This document shows, piece by piece, positions 28,301 through 37,969 of a stretch of DNA of 64,000 nt. How positions within the stretch are numbered: the first letter of the stretch is position 1; each line of letters starts with the position of its first letter. The position numbers were made by a program, and so were the translations under genes. Source of the DNA: Minisyncoccota bacterium (GTDB taxonomy: Bacteria; Patescibacteriota; Minisyncoccia; JAHIHE01; JAGLIN01). The notes beneath the pieces were generated by a model that was not told the origin of the DNA, did no database searches, and saw only the letters and a list, made by a program, of their open reading frames with translations. The stretch is taken from positions 76,316 through 140,315 of the forward strand of contig JBAZUT010000002.1 of assembly GCA_041661265.1 (NCBI GenBank). The letters are read 5' to 3'.

Positions 28301-28817
28301 GCGCTTTTTTCGCCACTTTCACTTTCGCCGCCCGGACCAATTTTCCATTGAATCTATATCCCTTCTGGATCTCATCCACGATCTCGCCTTCCGGTTTTTC
28401 CGATTCTATCATTTCAACCGCATCGTGGACATCGGTGCTGAATTTTTCCCCGATCGCCTTTATCTCTTCAAGCCCCTTTTTTTTGAGAAGATCCTCGAGC
28501 TGCAGTTTGATCTGGCGGATACCCTTCGCCCATTCCGATCCTTCCATTTCTTTCGGCGTATGCTTTATTGCGATCGAAAGAGAATCGTATATAGGCATAA
28601 CCTCCATGATCAATCCCGCCTTCGCAGAATCGATCAGATCCTCGAAAAGCTCGCTCTCTCTTCTTTTGTAATTGACGAAATCAGCCTGCGCACGTTTCCA
28701 GTTGTTCAGATATTCCTCCGATCTTTTCATCTCTTCTTCCAGCTTCTTTTCCAATTCATCCGATTGAACATCGGTTTCTTCGCCATTTTTCTCGTCATCC
28801 CCGATATTTGAACTCAT
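28290..28817 (-). CDS. grpE: nucleotide exchange factor GrpE
   Basis: Coiled-coil N-terminus, NYKRR motif. Confidence 0.9.
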   Translation of the reverse strand: MSSNIGDDEKNGEETDVQSDELEKKLEEEMKRSEEYLNNWKRAQADFVNYKRRESELFEDLIDSAKAGLIMEVMPIYDSLSIAIKHTPKEMEGSEWAKGIRQIKLQLEDLLKKKGLEEIKAIGEKFSTDVHDAVEMIESEKPEGEIVDEIQKGYRFNGKLVRAAKVKVAKKAQKK

Positions 28818-28945
28818 ATTTATTGATTAATGCTAAAGGAGTATCGGTTAATTACTCCGGACCATCAAGCCATGACCCCCGATGGCTTCATCGTCCCGAG
28901 CCCCGACATCAGTGTCGGGCCCGCAGATATGCACTGTGAACAAGA

Positions 28946-29377
28946 CTATTTTCCGACCTCGATCGGAATTTTCTTGTTTGCCTTTTTCTCGTCGACAGGA
29001 ACGGTTATTTTGAGTATCCCATCCTTGCTCTCCGCTTTCGCCTCGCCCGCCTTGACGTGAGCAGGAAGGGCGATGCTGCGGCTGAAGCTTCCCGATCTTA
29101 TTTCCTTGAAATAATAATTCTTCTCTTTGGTCTCTTTTTCTTTTTTTTCTTCTCCTTTGACCGTCAGAACGTCATTCTCTATGCTCGCCTCGACATTCTT
29201 CGGATCCATTCCCTCAAGAGCAACTTCCGCCACAACGCTGCCATCTGTCCGATATACGTTCATGGACGGTTTCGATTTTCTTGAAACAGCCGGGATCATC
29301 GGAAAAAGATCATCTCCCTCAAAAAATCTGTCAAAATCCTGAAAAGGCCTCCATTTGATAATATCCATGATTATCAC
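28946..29377 (-). CDS. Hsp20/alpha-crystallin family small heat-shock protein
   Basis: Alpha-crystallin domain; ends GILKITVP. Confidence 0.85.
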   Translation of the reverse strand: MIIMDIIKWRPFQDFDRFFEGDDLFPMIPAVSRKSKPSMNVYRTDGSVVAEVALEGMDPKNVEASIENDVLTVKGEEKKEKETKEKNYYFKEIRSGSFSRSIALPAHVKAGEAKAESKDGILKITVPVDEKKANKKIPIEVGK

Positions 29378-29423
29378 CCCCTTCCGTTTTTGATAATTTT
29401 TAAATTATGTTCTGCAAAAACGC

Positions 29424-29612
29424 TTATTTCTTGTTTTCTTCGGATGCGCCCTTGCAATCCGCATGACACCCAGCACATCCCGGACAGCTAAAAAGCTCTT
29501 CCTCGTTGACTTCCTTCATCGGCTTGCCGCAGCAGACCGGAGCTTTTTCTTTGTCGGTTTCCTCGATGCTTCCGCATCCTTCTGTACACACATAGAACTT
29601 TGACATATTCAT
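29424..29612 (-). CDS. cysteine-rich small protein (62 aa, 8 Cys incl. CxxCxxCxxxC)
   Basis: ORF inside the hrcA operon; metal-binding-like Cys spacing. Confidence 0.5.
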   Translation of the reverse strand: MNMSKFYVCTEGCGSIEETDKEKAPVCCGKPMKEVNEEELFSCPGCAGCHADCKGASEENKK

Positions 29613-29750
29613 TAGTTTAAATTTGTTAATATTTCATATATTACGAACCATGCCGATAAACACAATCCACTGTCAATGAAAATAATAAATTATCAATTAC
29701 CAATTCACAATTTTCAATGAATGATCAATGTTAAATTGAAAATTATGAAC

Positions 29751-30503
29751 TTAATATAATACAATTATCATTACCGCCATCACCGATCCTCCCCCAAGTA
29801 ACTTTTTAATATAATCAATCAATGATACGTTCCTGGAATATTTCATCCTCTTCGGTCCGATTATGGCAAGCATCCCTTCTTCTCCGCCTTTCAGATTATA
29901 TCTTGAAACCACCATACTGCACTCATCTGCGCCCGAGATCGGATTTTCTTTGCCTATAAAGATCTCAACTTCCGATCTTCCCTTGAGCTCTTTCGATAAT
30001 TTCTGAACGCTTCCATCCAGATAGTCGATTACTTCCGCGATCTTCGAAATACTGTCCAAATTTGTGAATTCCGGCTGAGAAAGAAGCCTCTGGACACCCG
30101 CCTTATAAAAATCCTCCGAGTCTATGATTCCGGACAGCGCCAGATTTCCCGACATCGCAGAAAGAAGATTCGCGGTGGTTCTTGCAAGCATCTTGTTCTG
30201 AGCTTTTAATTTCAGCACCTCGACCTCGAGCGACTTCTGCTCCCGGGGACTCAACTGTCCCCTTTCTTCCATAAGCACATCCACGAAATACCTGAAGCCT
30301 TTGTCGGTCGGGATCCTCCCTGCCGAAGTGTGAGGCTGATAGAGATATCCTTCATCCTCAAGCTCCAGCATTTCGGATCGCAGAGTCGCCGAACTTATAT
30401 CGAAATCATACTTATCTTTCAACAGAACCGAACTCACCGGAATTGCCGAATCGACATATTCCCTTACGATCGAGCCGAGTATCAATTCTTTCCTGTTTTC
30501 CAT
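29751..30503 (-). CDS. hrcA: heat-inducible transcription repressor HrcA
   Basis: N-terminal wHTH; family-level similarity; CIRCE immediately upstream. Confidence 0.9.
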   Translation of the reverse strand: MENRKELILGSIVREYVDSAIPVSSVLLKDKYDFDISSATLRSEMLELEDEGYLYQPHTSAGRIPTDKGFRYFVDVLMEERGQLSPREQKSLEVEVLKLKAQNKMLARTTANLLSAMSGNLALSGIIDSEDFYKAGVQRLLSQPEFTNLDSISKIAEVIDYLDGSVQKLSKELKGRSEVEIFIGKENPISGADECSMVVSRYNLKGGEEGMLAIIGPKRMKYSRNVSLIDYIKKLLGGGSVMAVMIIVLY

Positions 30504-30515
30504 GATTTTATCAGA

Positions 30516-30542
30516 TTAGCACTTAAACACCTAGAGTGCTAA
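30516..30542. promoter_or_regulatory. CIRCE operator TTAGCACT-N9-AGTGCTAA
   Basis: TTAGCACTTAAACACCTAGAGTGCTAA, perfect 9-bp arms with 9-nt spacer, 13 nt upstream of hrcA start. Confidence 0.9.
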
Positions 30543-30608
30543 TTCCATTATAATATTTTTTAAAGATGAGTCAAGTATCCGAATGTATATAAAAAAGAAT
30601 CGGCTTTT

Positions 30609-31196
30609 TTACCGACTCAGTCTGCTTGGAAGTATTTCCAATCCGACAAATTTCTTGTTTTCTTCGAACTGGAACAATACCACGTCCCCGTTTTCCAGAT
30701 ATCTCAGATTGATCCTGTCTTCCGTTTGCGCCATTGCGCTTTCGATGAAGAGCCTACTGCAAATGAGAAGAACATTTTGGCCCATTTCTATCCGGTCGGC
30801 CATGCTCTTGATCAAACGCAGCAAGTTCTTTCCTTCTGCCAGAAGAAGATATCTGCTTTCGCGTCGTTCAAACATTGCCCTGTCCGTAAATCTTCTTACA
30901 CCGGGATTTTCCGCCAATAGCAGATCCCACGCTCCTTCGGAAATCGGGTCCAGATCATCAAATTTTGAGACATAACCGCCTCCCGAAATGCGCTGTCCGG
31001 CCTGGATCGCTCTCGTAAAGTGCGAACTGCCGGCAAGCACGAACGAAGTCTCCGCCAAATACCTCAGATAAACATTATCCATTATTTTCTGCGCCTCCTG
31101 CGAAAGAGGTTCATCTTTTTGCCAAAAGGTCAGATCCTTATCATTTCTTGCCTGATCAGCTGCGACAACAAATATGCGCTTTGTTATTTTTATCAA
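30609..31196 (-). CDS. hypothetical protein (195 aa)
   Basis: ORF; divergent from corA; no family assigned. Confidence 0.45.
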   Translation of the reverse strand: MIKITKRIFVVAADQARNDKDLTFWQKDEPLSQEAQKIMDNVYLRYLAETSFVLAGSSHFTRAIQAGQRISGGGYVSKFDDLDPISEGAWDLLLAENPGVRRFTDRAMFERRESRYLLLAEGKNLLRLIKSMADRIEMGQNVLLICSRLFIESAMAQTEDRINLRYLENGDVVLFQFEENKKFVGLEILPSRLSR

Positions 31197-31419
31197 TCAA
31201 CTCACCTCGTAAATTACCATGTATCATTATTATTCAAAACATATGAATATTCTTCGAATAATAACCATATACTATATATTATATTATGCCTTTTGTCAAT
31301 AACGTATCCGGCCGGCTTGATACGGCCGTACTCCAAACCGGCCAGCTTCAAAATAATTCCTCAATTTGTCAATGTTCCGGAAAAAAGTTATAATATGATC
31401 GGAAACAATAAAATAAAAT

Positions 31420-32337
31420 ATGATCAAAGAAATACAAAAAGACAAAACAATCTGGATAAATATCACAAATCCGAGCAACAAAGACATCGCATTATTGAAA
31501 CAAAGATTTGCGATCAATCTCCCGGTGTTGAGCGAACTGACACCCCCGATCAAGAGATCCAAACTGGAAGAATATAAGGATTATCTTTTTTTGGTGATCC
31601 ATTTTCCCCTGTTCAACCGAAAAAAAAGAGCCAACGAATCTGCGGAGCTCGACATGATAATATTCAAAAACATTTTGATAACTTCCCATACGGTGCAATT
31701 TCCCGAGTTGAAACAGCTTTTCGACCGGTGTGTTTCGGACGATAAACTGAAGAACAGATATATGGAGAACAGCGCAGTCTGCCTTGCGTTCAGAATATTG
31801 GACCTCCTGATAGACTCGAGGCTTCCGATGCTTGATCACATTGATGACAATATAAACAACATCGATGAAGGTATTTTCGAAGGCAACGAAAGGAAAATGG
31901 TCAGCGAGATCGCCATCATAAAGCACGACATCATAAGCTTCCGGCGGATAATCAAGCCTCAGAGAGTCGTGCTGGAAAATCTGGCGCATGCCTATTCCAA
32001 GATCACCTACGAAAATCTTTCCCGCCTTGCATCCGAGGTCATAGGCTCCAACATAAAGGTCTGGAACACTTTGGAAAATCATAAAGAAATGATCGAGGCG
32101 CTGGAACACACGAATGAATCGCTTCTGTCATATAAACTGAATGACACGATGAAGATCCTGACCGCCTTTTCCGTTATTATTCTTCCCCTTTCGCTCATGG
32201 TAAATATGTTCGGTATGAACATAACCAACGGGATGCCATTCGTTGAATCCCCTGTCGGATTCTGGATCATTTTCTTCATGATGATGATCGCGTCCATGTT
32301 GCTCATTGTCTTTTTCAGATACAAAAAATGGCTGTAA
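31420..32337 (+). CDS. corA: CorA family magnesium/cobalt transporter
   Basis: C-terminal two TM with GMN motif (FGMNITNGMP). Confidence 0.85.
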   Translation: MIKEIQKDKTIWINITNPSNKDIALLKQRFAINLPVLSELTPPIKRSKLEEYKDYLFLVIHFPLFNRKKRANESAELDMIIFKNILITSHTVQFPELKQLFDRCVSDDKLKNRYMENSAVCLAFRILDLLIDSRLPMLDHIDDNINNIDEGIFEGNERKMVSEIAIIKHDIISFRRIIKPQRVVLENLAHAYSKITYENLSRLASEVIGSNIKVWNTLENHKEMIEALEHTNESLLSYKLNDTMKILTAFSVIILPLSLMVNMFGMNITNGMPFVESPVGFWIIFFMMMIASMLLIVFFRYKKWL

Positions 32338-32407
32338 ACTATCCGATATTCGAGTGATCGGGAAAATGCATTACGGAAAGCGCCTTGTTGGTGCTTTTTT
32401 TCGATTT

Positions 32408-32416
32408 GTGGTATAA
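32408..32416 (+). promoter_or_regulatory. extended -10 promoter element TGgTATAAT upstream of the giant gene
   Basis: TGGTATAAT 35 nt before the ATG; no SD sequence seen. Confidence 0.35.
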
Positions 32417-32450
32417 TAATGTCGACATTAATATAAATAAAAATAAAAAT

Positions 32451-35400
32451 ATGACCCCCAGGACCCTTTGCAGGCAAATAGTTTTTCTAGTTGCCTTCTT
32501 TGCTATAATAGCACAGGTGACTTCCCTGACGATACAAAATACCGGTTTTTCTTTGGCTTCGACGACTACAGGCGACACATCTGCGATCATCAATATGCCA
32601 TTGACTATGAATAACGGCGCGGCAGATTTTCCGCCGTCTTCCGGAATGACATTGAACGGCGCGGAAATTTTCAAGGCCAGCGTAAGCATGTCATACGTAC
32701 CGTTAATCAGCATACCAGGTCAGGCAAGTTTAAGCGGAATAACTTTTTATTTAGGTGCGAATTCAATGCCGGCAAATAAGGTTAACCCTAGTGACCCTGT
32801 CGAGGTTGACTATATTTTTAATTCTTTCAGCACCGGTTCGTTGACCGATGGAACATATGATTTTTATGCTAAAGCTTTTTATGGCAGTTCCGCTACGGTG
32901 GAGAGCGATCATTACACAGTAATTCTTGCCAGAACACCGCTTGCTCCGACGAGTTTGACGGTAGATGGAGCTCCTACCGCTTCGTCCATTAAGCTTAGAT
33001 GGATCAACCAGTCGACTACCGCGGATAAGTTTACTATAGAAAGAAAAGAAAGTTCATTGAGCAATTATACGGCTCTTCCTCTGTATGAAGTTCCAAATGC
33101 AACTACCTATACGGATGGTACGGTTGCAGCCGGAACTTCATATGATTACCGAATTCAGGCATGCAGATCCGGATCCGGTTGTTCGGGGCATTCAAATGTG
33201 ATCACTGTCAGTTCTGCCGAAAATTGTTCGCTTACTGTTTCGCTCTCCCCTGATACTCAGGCTGCTCAGTATGTCAGCCCGGGCCAAAGCGAAGCTTCTT
33301 TGGTGAAATTCAACCTTTTTCCGAATTGCGCTATTACACTGAATAGCCTCTCTGTTTCGCTCAATGGTTATACAAACATTTCCTCATTGCATCTCTACGA
33401 TAGCTCAACCCAAGTGAATGCGGTTAGTGTTGCCGGAGCAAGTGCAAGTTTTGATGGTTTAAATATACAAATTCCTGCAAGCCTGACCAGGTCTATTGAG
33501 ATCAGGGGAGATATTAATTCTTCTGCAATGTCCGGTTCAATGGTTTCTGGATCTTTTGGATCCTTTACGGCAACCAGCGCCTCAGGCTCAGTTGGCAGCA
33601 GCAACACAAGCGTTGTCGTCGGCAATGTAATGACCGTAAGCGGATATGCCGGCGATACAATTCCACCCGCCATACCGACGGAACTTGCTGCTCCAAAAAA
33701 TGATTATAACGAAGTTGATCTTTCATGGGCCGCATCCACCGATAATGTCGGAGTCGCAGGATACGAGGTTTGGAGAACTAACGGAACATGGATCAGATTA
33801 GGAAATTCTCCCACAACTTCATACATAGATACAACTGTTGCTTCGGGAACAGGTTATTATTACAAAATTATCGCATACGATGCGGCAGGAAATAAATCTC
33901 CCGAGCCGTCCCAGAGTGCATGGTTATTTTTAAACACTCCCGCATCAACGAGCTTGCCTTTACCTCCGTCCTATGTAACTGCTGAATCGATCGTCGGAAA
34001 AATTGTCGTCAGTTGGCCGCCAGCCGCCTCGGCCACAAAATACAGCATTCATAGAAAAATTGGCACGGGGACCTACCAACCCTTATCCTCAAATATAACC
34101 ATTTCTTATTATGACGACGTAAATGTTACTACTGGCAGTGTTTATCGATACAAGGTCATGGGCTGTGATGCCACCGCATGCTCAACAACAGGAACGGAAT
34201 CAAATTCTGTAACATATAACGGAGGCGGCGCGTCTTGCACCAGCTTGACTTCGGCTATTAATGACGCAGATACATCCTATGTTGCAAGTGAGCCTGTAAA
34301 CTTCACCTGGACATGTTCTCCCGGCGGTATTGCCAGTAATGTCTATATGAAGCTTTATAGATCGGATGGCACAGTCGTATCCTCTTTGAACAGCCCCAAT
34401 AATATAGGTACTCAGACATTGTATCTTAGTACTTTGAATTTATCTATTGGGTCATATATTGTTAAGGCCTGTTTCGAGTCTAATTGTTCAACGACCGCTA
34501 CCAGTCAGACATTTACGGTAGTTTCCGGCACCTCGACCGCTCCCGCCTTCACCGTATCGCCGATAGTTACTGAAAAAATAGGATACCCTTCAAAGAGGAT
34601 AATGAAAGTTGAAACGGTTTCCAGTCCGACCGGATATACGCCGACGAATATTATCGGCAAAATAAAAGATTCGTCGGGAAATATCGTCGGAAACACGACA
34701 TTCAATTTAGTTCTTCAAACTGTAGGATATTGGACATATGAATATGACATAAGCAGTCTCGCCGGAAATTACAATTTCTGCGCAAGCGGGATGTTTAACA
34801 CGACTTCCATTCCATGGGCCTGTACCACGGCCGCATTTACAGTGGCGACCACCACCCCTTCCGCCACGAGCATTTCAATTTATCCCGATGTGTTGAACAG
34901 TGCTGGAACGTTCAAAACACTGCAGATCACGGTGATGCCGTCAGGAACAAAACTGTATAACGTTTCAGGAAAGATCCGCAAGGACGGCGCATTTGGAGCC
35001 ATAGCATTCGATTCTATCGCGCTGACCTTCGATCCCTATTCAGCCTCCTGGAGAAAAGAATTTGATATGGGAAATCTCGCGGCCGGCGGAAATTATGTTT
35101 TTTGCGCAAAAGCTTCTCTTGATAGCACCGGATCAAACCCGATGCCCGAGGTTTGTACTGGAATATTCACCATAGACATCGCTGCTCCGGTGGATCAAAC
35201 CGCCACAACAACTCCTCAGCTCGAAGTGTATTTCCAGAATATCACACCTTTGGCGATCAAAGGGGATGTCAAAATTGCCATAAAAACAAATATTGAACCC
35301 GACATTGTGAACTTTAAACTGCAGAGAGAATCGGGTTCGGCCACCTATCCGGCGGCCAACAAGATCGACGCCACCAATTTCTATTTCCTATGGAATACGG

Positions 35401-37943
35401 CGCAATATTATGACGGAAACTATACCATTTCTGCGACAGCCAAAAAGGGCGTTTATGAAAAAACGGCCTTTGTGAGCGCAGTAGTCGCCAACTATTCTTC
35501 CACTCCCACAACAACTCCGACAACGCAGTCCACAGATATTTTCAATATCACTTTCAATGAAGCTTTCCAGCCCCCTCTTTCCGGAGAAAGAACCGTCTCC
35601 ATCTCATCCACCCAAAAAATGGATAGCTGCAAATTCAAGGTGGACGGCCCGAAATATGCCGAATTTCCGGGAACAAACAACGGCATGCAATGCTCCCTCG
35701 TTCTTCGCACCCTTGATTTTCCGGATGGAAAATATTTCATAAAAGCAATTGCCACAAGCGGCGTAAGCACCAAAGAAATTGTTCTGGATACTTCATTTTC
35801 AAATCAGCCGAGCACGACACTGCCACCGCCTAACCAAACATCTTCCTTCTATCTGCCGCCGGAGTGCAAGGACAAGGGATATCTGACACCGGAAACGTGC
35901 CAGAATTACATGATGCTCCCGCCGGAGTGCAGAAACCAGAATATCCTGGACCAGAAAGCCTGCGAGGCATATATGTATAAATACAGCATGCCGCCGGAAT
36001 GCGTCAGCCAGGGCGTTCAGACTCCGGAAGAATGCCAAAAAATAATCTATCTGGCCAGCATGCCGCCGGAATGCCGGAATCAGGGCGCAACGACAAAAGA
36101 AGAGTGCGACAAAATAATGAGTGTACAGTTCATGCTGACGCCGGAATGTAAATCTGCCAACATAACCGCCGCGGATGCCTGCAACACATACATGATCGAA
36201 AAATTCTCTCCTCCGGAATGCAGCAGTGCCGCAACTCAGGATGAATGCAATTACATAATGAGAAATTCATATAGCACTTTCAACGACCTGCAACCCCAGA
36301 TAACACAAAACACTTTTGGCATCGCACAGCCGGCGATAAACGAATTCCCGCCGGAATGCCGGGACGCCCGGATCACTTCCCCCGATGAATGCAAAAAACA
36401 CATGATGCTCCTTTCCATGCCCGTCGAATGCCGGGACGCCAATGTAACAACCGGACAGGAGTGCGAAAAGATCATGTTCAAGAAAAACGGACCGCCGGAA
36501 TGCATCGATGCCGGAATCGATGATCCGGCTGAGTGCGAAAAATTCATGTTCAAGAAGTATGCGCCGGACGACTGCAAGGCAACGGGCATCTTCAATCCCG
36601 AGGCGTGTAAAAAATATATGCTTGAGAAATACAGCGGAAAAGATGAAATTCCAAAAGATAAATTCCCGATCGAATGCCAGAAAGCGAATGCAAACACCTC
36701 CGAAGAATGCGACAAAGTCATGAAAACCATATACATGCCACAGGAATGCAAGGATAAGGGAATAACCGACCAGAAAGACTGCGATTCCTATTTTGAGAAA
36801 AAATATATGCCGCCCGTCTGCAAGGAAGCCGGAGCTTCGACAAGAGAAGAGTGCGATAAGGCTATGTTCAAAAAATATGCACCAAAAGAATGCCTGAAAG
36901 CCGGAATTGAAAAAGACGACGAGTGCCAAAAATATATGTTCAATCTGTATGCTCCGAAAGTGAAATGCGATAATGTGGAAGACTGGCAATGCAAGAAAAA
37001 CCTTGAAGAAGGACATCTGGGCAATATTGTTTCAAAGCAAGCTCAATTCGCTCAGATAAAAGATAATTCCGGCGAGATGATCGGAAAGTCAATGAAAGTG
37101 GGCGCCCTTATGGAATCGAAAGCATTTGAAAACAACGGAATGATCCCGCTCACACAAAAAGATACCAGTCTCAAGGTAGTTCCGGCTGCCGAGAACATGG
37201 TCCTGAACGACGAAGATACCCTTGTGCAGACCGGACCTGTCGCCTTTATGATCGACACCGACGGCGATAACCTGTCTGATGATATGGAATCGCTGCTTGG
37301 GACAGATCCGGACAAGACGGATTCGGACGGCGATGGATACAATGACGGTGAAGAGATACGGACCGGCCATGATCCTTCGGGACCCGGACTTTTCACGGGA
37401 AGCCTTTCCCCTGCCGAGAAAGCGATGATAGAAAACATAACCCTGGAACATCCGAAAACCTCCGGCGAGGTCTCGGAAACGCTTGCGGTTGAAAAGATAG
37501 ACAATGCGTCAAGCGGAAATGAAACCGACGCTCTTGGGTATCTCCTTTCGGGAACATCCGATCCGAACAGTATCGTAACCGTATATATTTATTCCGACCT
37601 GCCGCTCGTTCTGACCCTGAAAGCGAACAACGAAGGCAATTGGGAATATAAACTCGACAGATCTCTCTCCGATGGAGAACATGAGGTTTATGTTGTTGTG
37701 AATGATGAAACCGGAAAGATAGTCGCGAAAAGCAAGCCGTCAAGCCTTTTCATAAAAGAAGCGAAAGCAGTTTCTGCAAGCAATTATCTGGAAACTTCCA
37801 TAAGCGACCTCGCGGAAAAAACTCCGGCTGAGATCAGCTCTCAAAAATACAACTTTATCCTATTCCTTTCCATAACTACCGCCCTGAGCATATTCGGCGT
37901 AATGCTCATTCTCAGAAAAAGAAAGAATAATCCGGCGAAATAA
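32451..37943 (+). CDS. giant cell-surface protein (about 1830 aa): signal peptide, Fn3/Ig-like domains, 15x Cys-repeat module, Ca-binding DxDxDG repeats, C-terminal TM anchor
   Basis: Start MTPRTLCRQIVFLVAFFAIIA; Fn3-like segments (SWAASTDNVGVAGYEVWR, YYYKIIAYDAAGN); PPEC..EC repeats; DTDGDNLSDD...DSDGDGYNDGEE; C-terminal LFLSITTALSIFGVMLILRKRK. Confidence 0.85.
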   Translation: MTPRTLCRQIVFLVAFFAIIAQVTSLTIQNTGFSLASTTTGDTSAIINMPLTMNNGAADFPPSSGMTLNGAEIFKASVSMSYVPLISIPGQASLSGITFYLGANSMPANKVNPSDPVEVDYIFNSFSTGSLTDGTYDFYAKAFYGSSATVESDHYTVILARTPLAPTSLTVDGAPTASSIKLRWINQSTTADKFTIERKESSLSNYTALPLYEVPNATTYTDGTVAAGTSYDYRIQACRSGSGCSGHSNVITVSSAENCSLTVSLSPDTQAAQYVSPGQSEASLVKFNLFPNCAITLNSLSVSLNGYTNISSLHLYDSSTQVNAVSVAGASASFDGLNIQIPASLTRSIEIRGDINSSAMSGSMVSGSFGSFTATSASGSVGSSNTSVVVGNVMTVSGYAGDTIPPAIPTELAAPKNDYNEVDLSWAASTDNVGVAGYEVWRTNGTWIRLGNSPTTSYIDTTVASGTGYYYKIIAYDAAGNKSPEPSQSAWLFLNTPASTSLPLPPSYVTAESIVGKIVVSWPPAASATKYSIHRKIGTGTYQPLSSNITISYYDDVNVTTGSVYRYKVMGCDATACSTTGTESNSVTYNGGGASCTSLTSAINDADTSYVASEPVNFTWTCSPGGIASNVYMKLYRSDGTVVSSLNSPNNIGTQTLYLSTLNLSIGSYIVKACFESNCSTTATSQTFTVVSGTSTAPAFTVSPIVTEKIGYPSKRIMKVETVSSPTGYTPTNIIGKIKDSSGNIVGNTTFNLVLQTVGYWTYEYDISSLAGNYNFCASGMFNTTSIPWACTTAAFTVATTTPSATSISIYPDVLNSAGTFKTLQITVMPSGTKLYNVSGKIRKDGAFGAIAFDSIALTFDPYSASWRKEFDMGNLAAGGNYVFCAKASLDSTGSNPMPEVCTGIFTIDIAAPVDQTATTTPQLEVYFQNITPLAIKGDVKIAIKTNIEPDIVNFKLQRESGSATYPAANKIDATNFYFLWNTAQYYDGNYTISATAKKGVYEKTAFVSAVVANYSSTPTTTPTTQSTDIFNITFNEAFQPPLSGERTVSISSTQKMDSCKFKVDGPKYAEFPGTNNGMQCSLVLRTLDFPDGKYFIKAIATSGVSTKEIVLDTSFSNQPSTTLPPPNQTSSFYLPPECKDKGYLTPETCQNYMMLPPECRNQNILDQKACEAYMYKYSMPPECVSQGVQTPEECQKIIYLASMPPECRNQGATTKEECDKIMSVQFMLTPECKSANITAADACNTYMIEKFSPPECSSAATQDECNYIMRNSYSTFNDLQPQITQNTFGIAQPAINEFPPECRDARITSPDECKKHMMLLSMPVECRDANVTTGQECEKIMFKKNGPPECIDAGIDDPAECEKFMFKKYAPDDCKATGIFNPEACKKYMLEKYSGKDEIPKDKFPIECQKANANTSEECDKVMKTIYMPQECKDKGITDQKDCDSYFEKKYMPPVCKEAGASTREECDKAMFKKYAPKECLKAGIEKDDECQKYMFNLYAPKVKCDNVEDWQCKKNLEEGHLGNIVSKQAQFAQIKDNSGEMIGKSMKVGALMESKAFENNGMIPLTQKDTSLKVVPAAENMVLNDEDTLVQTGPVAFMIDTDGDNLSDDMESLLGTDPDKTDSDGDGYNDGEEIRTGHDPSGPGLFTGSLSPAEKAMIENITLEHPKTSGEVSETLAVEKIDNASSGNETDALGYLLSGTSDPNSIVTVYIYSDLPLVLTLKANNEGNWEYKLDRSLSDGEHEVYVVVNDETGKIVAKSKPSSLFIKEAKAVSASNYLETSISDLAEKTPAEISSQKYNFILFLSITTALSIFGVMLILRKRKNNPAK
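35862..37010 (+). repeat. about 15 tandem 24-aa coding repeats [M/F]PPEC(x9-10)[E/D]C.K.M..KY within the giant protein
   Basis: Repeat seen directly in the translation. Confidence 0.8.
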
Positions 37944-37969
37944 GATCTAATATAATTAACGGACACAAT

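Noticed and set aside
30609-31196. Assignment of the 195-aa protein to the histidine-phosphatase family
   Set aside because: No RHG motif near the N-terminus, so the family guess is unsupported and it is left as hypothetical.
36251-37504. Minus-strand ORFs up to 249 aa (36267..37016, 36251..36751, 37052..37504) inside the giant protein gene
   Set aside because: They are antisense shadow ORFs generated by the repetitive Cys-repeat coding region.
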